DNA from: Polyangiales bacterium
GTDB lineage: Bacteria > Myxococcota_A > Polyangia > Polyangiales > Polyangiaceae
Reading direction: 5' to 3'
Length of the DNA stretch: 64,000 nt
NCBI GenBank assembly: GCA_038230375.1
Contig: JBBRNJ010000005.1
Coordinates: 137,264 to 201,263, forward strand
The position numbers and the translations under genes were made by a program. Below the pieces are notes generated by a model, which was not told the origin of the DNA, ran no database searches, and was given only the letters and a program-made list of their open reading frames with translations. This document shows positions 56,365 through 64,000 of this stretch, piece after piece. Each line of letters begins with the position of its first letter. The first letter of the stretch is position 1.

Positions 56365-57456
56365 GTGAACGTCGAACGCACGTCGCGCATCCAACGCGCC
56401 GTGCGGCGCATTTCGAGGGCAGACCCGCTTCACGCCTCGCTGGCGATTGCGTGTACGATACACGTGATCGCCGTGCTCGTGGCGGGGCCCGGGAGTGCGC
56501 GCCGGGTGGTTGTGGTGGAGAGTCCGGGAACGGAGCTGGCGATTGACACGGAGGACCCGACTTCGACTTCGACTTCGACTTCGACCACGACTTCGACTTC
56601 GACTTCGACCTCGACCTCGACCTCGACCACGACGTCGACCTCGACCTCGACCACGACCGGCACCCTGGCCTTTGCCCTGAACCCGACCTCCGCTCCGACC
56701 TCGGTCCCGACCGAGACCCCCGCGCCCATCGCCTCCGCCGACAATGGCGACTGGTCCTTCTCGGCGACCACCAGTGCCGCACATCGCGATGTCCTTGCGG
56801 CGACTTCTCGTGGGCTCACGCCGACCAAGGATACGTCAGTGCCGCAGACGGCGGAGGTGTCGCGTCGAGCCGCGAACAATGGTGGTCTCGTGGACGGGCT
56901 CGATGCGCACGATCGCGAGCTCGGGCTCGGACGAGGTGGGCCGGTGCTGTCCGCTGTGGAAGAGGCGGCGCGCACGCCTGGCGAGACACCACCTGAAGGA
57001 TCTGCCGACTACGAGATCGTCGTGCGGCGATCAGGCGGGGTGAAGGTCGCGCTGCTCGCGGCGAACGACAGCCGTTCCTCGTGGGAGGGGATCATGCCCG
57101 AGATCGAGCGCGGCGTGTCGTCGCGCGCGGTACGTCTGCCGGACTCGGCGGCTGGCATGCGCTTCGTCGTTCATGTGGACGCGGTGGTGCAATGGCCGGA
57201 CGGCAGGCGGCCCGCGAAGGTCGGGACGAAGAGCATCGCCACCACCGGCGAGGTCGGAACCTCGGAGTCGCATCCAGGCCTCGACTTCACGCGCGTGCCG
57301 ATGGTGGGCGTCTACCACGCGGGCAAGGTCTGCAGTGGGGGCGTGGTGCTCACCCCCGGGATGCTGATGGTCGGTGGCGCGTGCAGCCCGGAGAACATCG
57401 GCCAGCCTGCCGCACGCATCGTCCACGGGCGCGTCGTCAGCGAATCCCGCCTTTGA
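56365..57456 (+). CDS. Membrane-anchored protein with Thr/Ser linker and TonB-C-like C-terminal region
   Basis: SLAIACTIHVIAVLV (S-x-H-type anchor), (TS)n linker, GACSPENIG C-terminus; start uncertain. Confidence 0.6.
   Translation: MNVERTSRIQRAVRRISRADPLHASLAIACTIHVIAVLVAGPGSARRVVVVESPGTELAIDTEDPTSTSTSTSTTTSTSTSTSTSTSTTTSTSTSTTTGTLAFALNPTSAPTSVPTETPAPIASADNGDWSFSATTSAAHRDVLAATSRGLTPTKDTSVPQTAEVSRRAANNGGLVDGLDAHDRELGLGRGGPVLSAVEEAARTPGETPPEGSADYEIVVRRSGGVKVALLAANDSRSSWEGIMPEIERGVSSRAVRLPDSAAGMRFVVHVDAVVQWPDGRRPAKVGTKSIATTGEVGTSESHPGLDFTRVPMVGVYHAGKVCSGGVVLTPGMLMVGGACSPENIGQPAARIVHGRVVSESRL
56558..56658. repeat. Hexamer array (CGACTT/CGACCT) about 17 units inside a CDS, encoding (TS)n
   Basis: Reverse complement of the GTCGAR array family. 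Confidence 0.92.
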
Positions 57457-57499
57457 ACAGGATCGCCTGGGGCGCTGTTTTTCGCATCGCGGGCGCGGG

Positions 57500-57946
57500 C
57501 TATTTCGCGGACTCTCGTGCTGCTATCTCCTTCAGGCTCTCTTCCTCGGTGCCTGCGTAGCGATTCTCCAGCCACGCGTCGATGATCTCCGCAGCGAGCA
57601 CGTCCGAGAGCGTCCGCAGGGAAAGCGCAAGCACGTTGGCGTCGTTCCACTTTCGCGCGCTGCGTGCCGTGGACGCGTCCGTGCAGAGCGCGGCGCGCAC
57701 ACCGACGACCTTGTTCGCGGCGATGCTCACGCCCGTCCCGCTGTAACAGAGGACGATCCCGAACGTGGCGCGACCCGACGCCACCTCGTCGGCGACGGCA
57801 ACCGCAGCGGCTCCCCACTTCTGCACGGGCATCATCTCGGCCGTGTGGCCCTTCGACTCGACGTACGACTTGATGAGATCGAGGATGGGACGCTCCTCGT
57901 CGGCGCCGATCACGATACGCATGGCTTCTGCGGAGCCTTCTGACAT
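57500..57946 (-). CDS. rpiB: RpiB/LacA/LacB family sugar-phosphate isomerase
   Basis: GIVLCYSGTGVSIAANKVVGVRAALC, ARKWNDANVLAL. Confidence 0.85.
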   Translation of the reverse strand: MSEGSAEAMRIVIGADEERPILDLIKSYVESKGHTAEMMPVQKWGAAAVAVADEVASGRATFGIVLCYSGTGVSIAANKVVGVRAALCTDASTARSARKWNDANVLALSLRTLSDVLAAEIIDAWLENRYAGTEEESLKEIAARESAK

Positions 57947-58009
57947 GCCGAACATCATGGCGAAGGACGGTGGTCTCATCAAGCCAGGCTTCGGTTACAC
58001 TTCGGACAG

Positions 58010-58726
58010 ATGTTCCAGAAAGACGGCCCCAGTTTCAAAGAGCTGATCGAACAGGCGCTCGTGTCCACGCAGCGCGGCTACGACATGATCGCGCCCAAGT
58101 TCGACAAGACGCCGTTCCGCACCCCGGACGAGATCTGCCTTGCCATCGCCAAGGTGATCGGCCCGGAGAAGAGCATCGACCGCGCGCTGGACGTCTGCTG
58201 CGGCACCGGCGCGGCCATGATCCGATTGCGTGCACTATGCAAGAAAGAGGTCGTCGGCCTGGATTTCTCGGACGGAATGATCGAGGAGGCCACGCGCCGC
58301 GTCGGTGCTGCCGCCGGCGATGCGAAGGTGACGCTCGTGAAGGGCGACGCGCTCGCGATGCCGTTCGACTCCGAGTTCGACGCGGCCACATGCTGCGGCG
58401 CGTTCGGCCACATCCGCGCGGAGGACGAGGACGCATTCATCAAGAGCATCGCGAAGGCGCTCAAGCCGGGCGGACGCTTCGTGTTCGCCACCGGCATGGA
58501 GCCGCCAGTGGCACATCCGGCGTTCTGGATCGCGAAGGGCTTCAATGCGGCAATGCGCGTCCGGAATGCGCTGCTGAAGCCGGAGTTCATCATGTACTAC
58601 CTCACGTTCCTCTGGCCCGACGTGAAGGTGAAGCTCGAGGCCGCAGGCTTCGAGGTGGACGGACGCATCGGCGTGCTGGAAAAACCCTTCGACCGAATGA
58701 TCGTGGTCGAAGCCCGCAAGAAATAA
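58010..58726 (+). CDS. Class I SAM-dependent methyltransferase
   Basis: ALDVCCGTG, GLDFS..M, GDALAMPF, LKPGGRF. Confidence 0.92.
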   Translation: MFQKDGPSFKELIEQALVSTQRGYDMIAPKFDKTPFRTPDEICLAIAKVIGPEKSIDRALDVCCGTGAAMIRLRALCKKEVVGLDFSDGMIEEATRRVGAAAGDAKVTLVKGDALAMPFDSEFDAATCCGAFGHIRAEDEDAFIKSIAKALKPGGRFVFATGMEPPVAHPAFWIAKGFNAAMRVRNALLKPEFIMYYLTFLWPDVKVKLEAAGFEVDGRIGVLEKPFDRMIVVEARKK

Positions 58727-58744
58727 AGTTGCTACACTCTGTGG

Positions 58745-59815
58745 ATGCAGGTTCGAGCGCTGGTCTCCCTGATCGCGTTGGTCGCCCTCTCCATCGCCGC
58801 GTGCGGTGACGACGGCACCTCCTCTTCGCCCAACACCTTCCCGAGCGGCGGCGGCGGCGGCGGACAGAACGGCAAGGATGGCGGGACACTCGTTGGCGCC
58901 ACGGATGGTGGCGGCAGCACTGGCGACGACGCCGGTAGTGGTGGCGGCGTCGACGCGGGGCCGCCCGTTGCGAACGGCTGCGTCACCGACGTGTCCGCAG
59001 GGGACCACGTGTTCACGTGCGGCGGCCTTCAGGTGAACGCGCGCATCCCCGCGGCGTGCCAGGCGCCTGGCTGCGGCGTGATCCTGGAGCTGCACGGCGA
59101 CACCGGAAGCGGCCTCCTCATGGATGGTCACGTGAAGCTCCGCGACCTGGGAGAGAAGAGCGGCTTCGTTGTCATCGCGCCCAGCGGACCTCCTTACGGC
59201 GGTGGGCAGCCGGGGTCCACCTGGTCTTCCGCGAATGACGCCACGCTCGTCGACATGGTGAAGACGTTCGCGTCCGTCTTCCGCGCCAACATGAAGAAGG
59301 TCCACGTCGCGGGCTTCTCGCGCGGTGGCTTCGTGACGTGGCGCCTGCTCTGCGATCACTCGGATCTGTTCGCGTCCGCGTCACCGGGTGGCGCAGGGGA
59401 TGGGAGCGGCTTCCAAGAGTCCACCTGCTTCTCCCCGGGACGCGCGCCCACACGGAACATCCCGGTGCTGCTTCTCATGGGGCGAACCGATCAGTCCGTG
59501 GGCTACCAGAGCATGGTGACCATCCGCGACGCCGCTGTGAAGCAGTACGGCGTGACCGGACCCACGGTCCTCGCACAAGATGCAAACTACACGCATAATC
59601 GCTGGACCAAGGCCGACGGCTCGATCTTCGAGACCCTGGACCACGCCTACCAGACCGTGAGCCCTGGCCCGTTCGCAAGCGCGCAAGGCCACTGCATTCC
59701 CGGCAGCACCACGGACCCGCAGGCGCCACAGTACGCGATCCCGTGCAAGCTCCCGAACGCCTTCATCTGGGGCGAAGAAATCATGAAGTTCTTCCTGGCC
59801 CACCCGATGCCCTAG
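58745..59815 (+). CDS. Lipoprotein alpha/beta-hydrolase (PHB depolymerase/LpqC-like esterase)
   Basis: Lipobox IAAC-G; LELHG; nucleophile GFSRG; PVLLLMGRTD; IMKFFLAHP terminus. Confidence 0.82.
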   Translation: MQVRALVSLIALVALSIAACGDDGTSSSPNTFPSGGGGGGQNGKDGGTLVGATDGGGSTGDDAGSGGGVDAGPPVANGCVTDVSAGDHVFTCGGLQVNARIPAACQAPGCGVILELHGDTGSGLLMDGHVKLRDLGEKSGFVVIAPSGPPYGGGQPGSTWSSANDATLVDMVKTFASVFRANMKKVHVAGFSRGGFVTWRLLCDHSDLFASASPGGAGDGSGFQESTCFSPGRAPTRNIPVLLLMGRTDQSVGYQSMVTIRDAAVKQYGVTGPTVLAQDANYTHNRWTKADGSIFETLDHAYQTVSPGPFASAQGHCIPGSTTDPQAPQYAIPCKLPNAFIWGEEIMKFFLAHPMP

Positions 59816-59856
59816 CGACGACCGCCGGAGAGGCCACGTCGTGCTAGAACGCCGGC

Positions 59857-60834
59857 ATGCGCGCTGTTCGAGTTCATGCGTTGACGGGGCCCAGCGGTGT
59901 TTCGGTGGACGAGCTGCCGGAGCCTTCCGCGCCCGGCTCCGGCGACGTCGAGATCGAGGTGAAGGCCGCTGGTCTGAACTTCCCCGACCTGCTGCTCACC
60001 TACGGCAAGTATCAGTTCAAGCCGGAGCCGCCGTTCATTCCAGGCGGCGAGGGCGCGGGCGTGGTCACGCGCGTTGGGCCCGGCGTCACGTACGTGAAGC
60101 CCGGCGACCGCGCCGCGTTCACGATGATCAACGGCGCCTTCGCGGAGAAGGTCGTGGTGCCCGAGGCCACCGTGGTGAAGGTACCGGACGCAGTCTCCTT
60201 CGACGTGGCGGCAGCCACACTGCTCACCTACCTCACCACGATGCATGCGCTGGTGGATCGCGCGCAGCTCCAGAAGGGCGAGACGTTGCTCGTGCTCGGC
60301 GCGGCAGGTGGTGTGGGGGTGTCGGCCATCCAGCTCGGGAAGGTGCTCGGCGCCAGGGTGATCGCCGCCGCCGGCTCCGAGGAGAAGGTTGCATTCTGCA
60401 AGGAAATGGGCGCGGACGCGGGCATCGTCTACACGCACGAAGATCTGAAGGAGCGCGCAAAGGCGCTGAGCGACGGGCGCGGCGTGGACGTCACGTACGA
60501 CGCGGTCGGCGGCCCCTACTCGGAGCCCGCCATCCGCTCCATGGCGTGGGGCGGCAGGCATCTCGTGGTGGGCTTTGCGGCAGGCGACATCCCGAAGATC
60601 CCGCTGAACCTCACGCTCTTGAAGGGCTGCTCCATCGTTGGTGTGTTCTGGGGACAGTTCGCCGCGCGCGAGCTCGCGAAGAACCGCGCGCACGGCGAGC
60701 AGGTCTTCGCGTGGGTCACCGAGGGCAAGCTCAAGCCCCACGTGTCCACCAAAGAGACCTTCGCGAACGCGGCGCGCTTGCTCGAGCTCATGGGGTCGCG
60801 CAAGATCATGGGTAAGGCCGTGCTCGTACCCTGA
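59857..60834 (+). CDS. NADPH:quinone oxidoreductase (MDR/zeta-crystallin family)
   Basis: AAGLNFPDLL..GKYQ, GETLLVLGAAGGVG, GVDVTYDAVGG, LLKGCSIVGVFWG. Confidence 0.95.
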   Translation: MRAVRVHALTGPSGVSVDELPEPSAPGSGDVEIEVKAAGLNFPDLLLTYGKYQFKPEPPFIPGGEGAGVVTRVGPGVTYVKPGDRAAFTMINGAFAEKVVVPEATVVKVPDAVSFDVAAATLLTYLTTMHALVDRAQLQKGETLLVLGAAGGVGVSAIQLGKVLGARVIAAAGSEEKVAFCKEMGADAGIVYTHEDLKERAKALSDGRGVDVTYDAVGGPYSEPAIRSMAWGGRHLVVGFAAGDIPKIPLNLTLLKGCSIVGVFWGQFAARELAKNRAHGEQVFAWVTEGKLKPHVSTKETFANAARLLELMGSRKIMGKAVLVP

Positions 60835-60857
60835 CCGCGCGCCGCTGTCACATTCGC

Positions 60858-61787
60858 ATGAAGGTCCAGACCTCATCCCTCCAGTTCGCGTTCGTGGCGT
60901 CGCTTGCCGCCGTCACGATCACGGCGTCCGCGTGCGGACTCTCGGCTGTCGGCACCGGAACGAACCTGTCAGACGAAGGTGGGAGCGGTGGTGATGGTGC
61001 CGGTGGCAATGGCGCGACCGACGCTGCCGTGCTCGAGGATGGCGCTGGTGGGGGCGGCGCGAACGACGGGCCGCTGCTGCCCGACGGAACGCTGCCGGAC
61101 GGCGCGCTCGTGGACCCGTACTACGGTCGCGTGACGGATGGCCTGCTCGCCCTCTACGAGTTCGAAGAGGGCAAGGGCTCCACCATCGGGGACGCGATGC
61201 CCGCGCCCTATCCGCTCAACATCGCGACGCTCGGCGACGTGACATGGCACCCACACTCGCTCGAGCTGAAGAACTACACGAAGGTCGCAGGCAGCGGGAA
61301 CTTCGACAAGCTCGTGAGCGCGTCCAAGCTCACCAACGAGGTCACCGTCGAGGCGTGGGTGAAGTACGCAGACGTGGAGGGCGACTCGTCCACCTACGGA
61401 CGGCTGGTCACCGTTGCCAGCACCGGCACGTCGCGTGATCTCGCGCTCGGCAACATTGGTACGAAGCAGTGGTGGTTCTCGATGGACGACGGCGAAGATG
61501 CCAACGCGAACGGCACCAACACGAACCTCGTGCACACGGTGCTCGTGCGCACGAATGATGGGAACGACACCGTGCATGGCTTCGTGAACGGCGCAGAGGT
61601 GAGCAGCCAGCAGGGCGCGCGCAAGCCGAGCGCGTTCACGGCCTACCCTCTGACCGTCGGCAACAGCCCGTTCGGCGGCCGTGGCGTGAAGGCCACCATT
61701 CACCTCATCGCGGTCTACTCACGGGCATTGACGACCGTTGAAATCGGCTTGAATTACAAGGCTGGCCCGGATCCTGCGAAGCCATGA
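60858..61787 (+). CDS. LamG/concanavalin-like domain lipoprotein
   Basis: Lipobox ASAC-G; GLLALYEFEEG.G, TVEAWVK, FVNG, IAVYSRALT..EI..NY. Confidence 0.85.
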   Translation: MKVQTSSLQFAFVASLAAVTITASACGLSAVGTGTNLSDEGGSGGDGAGGNGATDAAVLEDGAGGGGANDGPLLPDGTLPDGALVDPYYGRVTDGLLALYEFEEGKGSTIGDAMPAPYPLNIATLGDVTWHPHSLELKNYTKVAGSGNFDKLVSASKLTNEVTVEAWVKYADVEGDSSTYGRLVTVASTGTSRDLALGNIGTKQWWFSMDDGEDANANGTNTNLVHTVLVRTNDGNDTVHGFVNGAEVSSQQGARKPSAFTAYPLTVGNSPFGGRGVKATIHLIAVYSRALTTVEIGLNYKAGPDPAKP

Positions 61788-61853
61788 GCGCGCTGGAATC
61801 CACGGGCCCCGCGAAGGTCCGAAACCACAGGCGCGCTCGCGCGTAGGAGAGAC

Positions 61854-62540
61854 ATGAACACTCGACTGACGTTCGCGTCTGCGGTTCTCGTGGCTGCTGT
61901 CTCCGGGCTCGGGTGTCAGAGCACCGCGAGCGCGGGCGCAACGTCGAGCACCGCCGCGGCCGACCCCAGCGGCGCCCCGCTAGGTGCGCGCGGCGTTCAG
62001 AAGAGCAACGCGGGCGCGAACCCGGGACACGCCGGCAAGGGCACGCCGCTCACGCCGGAGCCGGGCCACGCGCTCGCCGCCTTCGCTGAGGGCTGCTTCT
62101 GGGGCTCGGAGAACACCTTCCGTCACGTCGCGGGCGTGACCGCTACAGCGGTCGGCTACACCGGCGGTCACACGGAAGGCCCCACGTACGAGTCCGTGTG
62201 CTCGCACACGACCGGTCACGCTGAGGCGGTGCTCGTCGAGTTCGATCCGAAGGTTGTCTCCTACCGCGATCTCGTTCGCGTCTTCTACAAGACGCACGAC
62301 CCGACGACGAAGAACCGCCAGGGCCCCGACGTGGGCGATCAATATCGAAGCGCGATCTTCACCCTCGACGACGAGCAAAAGACCGCGGCCGCCGCCGTCA
62401 TCGCAGAGGAGCAACCGAAGCTCCAGCGCCCGATCACCACCGAGGTGTCCCCGCTCGGCCGCTTCTACATGGCCGAGGACTACCACCAGCAATACGACGA
62501 GAAGAGCGGCCATGAGAGCTGCCCGCTCCCGCTCCGCTGA
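61854..62540 (+). CDS. msrA: Peptide-methionine (S)-S-oxide reductase with lipoprotein signal
   Basis: Lipobox GLGC-Q; AEGCFWG, GYTGG, TGHAEAV, HDPTT.NRQGPDVGDQYRSAIF, AEDYHQQY. Confidence 0.93.
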   Translation: MNTRLTFASAVLVAAVSGLGCQSTASAGATSSTAAADPSGAPLGARGVQKSNAGANPGHAGKGTPLTPEPGHALAAFAEGCFWGSENTFRHVAGVTATAVGYTGGHTEGPTYESVCSHTTGHAEAVLVEFDPKVVSYRDLVRVFYKTHDPTTKNRQGPDVGDQYRSAIFTLDDEQKTAAAAVIAEEQPKLQRPITTEVSPLGRFYMAEDYHQQYDEKSGHESCPLPLR

Positions 62541-62546
62541 TCGAGC

Positions 62547-62626
62547 GAGGTCGAGGTCGAGGTCGAGGTCGAAGTCCAGGTCCAGGTCGAGGTCGAAGTC
62601 CTCGTCGTCGTCCTCGTCGATGTCGT
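62547..62626. repeat. Hexamer array (GTCGAR/GTCCAG) followed by (GTC)n
   Basis: Read directly between msrA and the next gene. Confidence 0.92.
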
Positions 62627-62641
62627 CTATAGTCTCGCGTC

Positions 62642-63271
62642 ATGCGAACCCCGCTCGTCTGCGCCGCACTCCTTCTCTCCTCCTCGCTCCTCGCGTGCGA
62701 CAAGCCGGTCCCCGAGAACACCAAACCCGCGTCCGAGCCCTCCAGTCAGAGCGCGCAGGTCGCCATGAGCGGCAACCAGATGGTCGTCACGATCCCTGCT
62801 CCCTCCGCGGCGCCCCCGAGCACCCCCGCCGCCGGCGGGAAGGAGGTGGTGTGGACCGCTCCCGCCACCTGGACGCAGCTGCCGAACGCCTCGCAGATGC
62901 GCAAGGCCACGCTCAAGATACCGCACGCCGCAGGCGACACCGAGGACGGTGAGCTGAGCGTCATCGCGGCCTCCGGTGGCGTGGATGCAAACGTGCAGCG
63001 CTGGGCCGGTCAGTTCGGCGGCGCCACGCCCACGTCCGAGACGCGCACGCCCAACGGCCTCAAGGTCACCGTCGTGTCCATGAAGGGCAAATTCTCGGGC
63101 GGCATGCCCGGCGCGGGCCCCAACGGACCGAAGGATCACTGGATGCTGATGGGCGCCATCGTCGACCTGGGCGAGGAGCAGTGGTTCTTCAAGGCCACCG
63201 GGCCGGAGAAGACGCTCACGGCCGCGAAGAAGGACTTTGACGCGTTCGTTGGGAGCTTGAAGACGAAGTAG
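62642..63271 (+). CDS. Hypothetical lipoprotein
   Basis: Lipobox LLAC-D; GGVDANVQRWAGQF, WFFKATGPEKT. Confidence 0.8.
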   Translation: MRTPLVCAALLLSSSLLACDKPVPENTKPASEPSSQSAQVAMSGNQMVVTIPAPSAAPPSTPAAGGKEVVWTAPATWTQLPNASQMRKATLKIPHAAGDTEDGELSVIAASGGVDANVQRWAGQFGGATPTSETRTPNGLKVTVVSMKGKFSGGMPGAGPNGPKDHWMLMGAIVDLGEEQWFFKATGPEKTLTAAKKDFDAFVGSLKTK

Positions 63272-63283
63272 TACAATGAAGGG

Positions 63284-64000
63284 GTGAAGTCGGAACGCCA
63301 ACTGGCCAGCGTCGTGTGCGCTGTCACCCTGGTGGGGCTCGTCGCGCTCCCGCAAGACGTGCGGGCAGCCCGCCCCGAGGACGCCCCCGCGGAGAGTCGC
63401 GCGCAGGTCGAGAATGCTCAGCGCGCGCTCGCCCCTTTCTTCTCGGGTCGCTCACGAAGCATCGCGCCCTTCGCGTCTGGCTCCATCGAGTCCGTGCTCG
63501 CATCGTACGCACCGAAGAAGTTCCATCCCGTCGCCGAGGGCACGCTGCCGCCGACGCAGGCAGGCGCGCGTTGCCCCGAAGGCATGGCGCTCGTCGGTGA
63601 CCGCTTCTGCATAGACAAGTACGAGGCCACGGTGGAGATGGTCGCGCCCGACGGTACGGCGCGTCCTCATGCTGCGCACGATACGCTCACGCCGCTCCCG
63701 GCCGGATACTTGTATCGTGCACGCAGTGTGGCGGGCGTGTTGCCGCAGTCGTACGTGAGCGGCAGGGAGGCCGAGGGCGCGTGCGCCGCCGCGCAGAAGC
63801 GCCTGTGCGAGCCGGTCGAATGGCGCTCAGCGTGCGGTGGCAGTCAGGGCTACGCGTATCCATACGGGCCCACGCGCACGGCCAACACATGCCACGACTC
63901 CGGTGTCTCGCCCATGCTCGTGGTCTTCCCTGAGCAGGTGAAGCGCGGCTTCTACAACACGAGCGATATGAACGATCCGCGCCTCAACCAGGTGCAGGGC
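63284..64000 (+). CDS. SUMF1/FGE-sulfatase domain protein, truncated by the window end
   Basis: Absent from the ORF track (no stop in window); my translation from GTG 63284 gives CPEGMALVGDRFCIDKYEA...KRLCEPVEWRSACGG..GYAYPYG. Confidence 0.85.
   Translation, partial: MKSERQLASVVCAVTLVGLVALPQDVRAARPEDAPAESRAQVENAQRALAPFFSGRSRSIAPFASGSIESVLASYAPKKFHPVAEGTLPPTQAGARCPEGMALVGDRFCIDKYEATVEMVAPDGTARPHAAHDTLTPLPAGYLYRARSVAGVLPQSYVSGREAEGACAAAQKRLCEPVEWRSACGGSQGYAYPYGPTRTANTCHDSGVSPMLVVFPEQVKRGFYNTSDMNDPRLNQVQG

Overview
High-GC chromosomal segment from a myxobacterium (Myxococcota). The many 'DAG/DGG'-linker lipoproteins and the FHA-sigma54, TPR-PEGA and FGE-fold proteins point to a Polyangiales/Labilithrix-like organism, which is an inference. 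The first half is dominated by an adventurous-gliding (Agl-Glt) envelope cluster: a cglC/gltK-like lipoprotein divergent from gltC-gltD-gltE-gltF-gltG, an apparently inserted esterase, a TPR lipoprotein and a 3855-aa AgmK/GltI-like TPR giant. The rest is housekeeping and envelope genes: HDAC-family deacetylase, tRNA-His, YraN, amidase, M1 peptidase, NUDIX, nusB-ribH-ribB(X)-ribE, two msrA, hemB, hemD, an FrgA-like protein, rpiB-family isomerase, methyltransferase and quinone oxidoreductase. I saw no transposase, integrase, reverse transcriptase, prophage, CRISPR array or rRNA. The most unusual signals are: a dispersed (GTCGAR)n hexamer repeat family (four copies, two directly upstream of similar -10 box/ATG contexts, one translated in frame); a recurrent leaderless-transcript signature; a tRNA-His gene lacking the encoded G-1; an apparently inactive M48-peptidase-like C-terminus on AgmK; divergent genes that may start on one TTGCAA palindrome; and a sigma54 promoter with upstream GTAAC repeats. 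All assignments come from motif recognition by eye; no database search was run.
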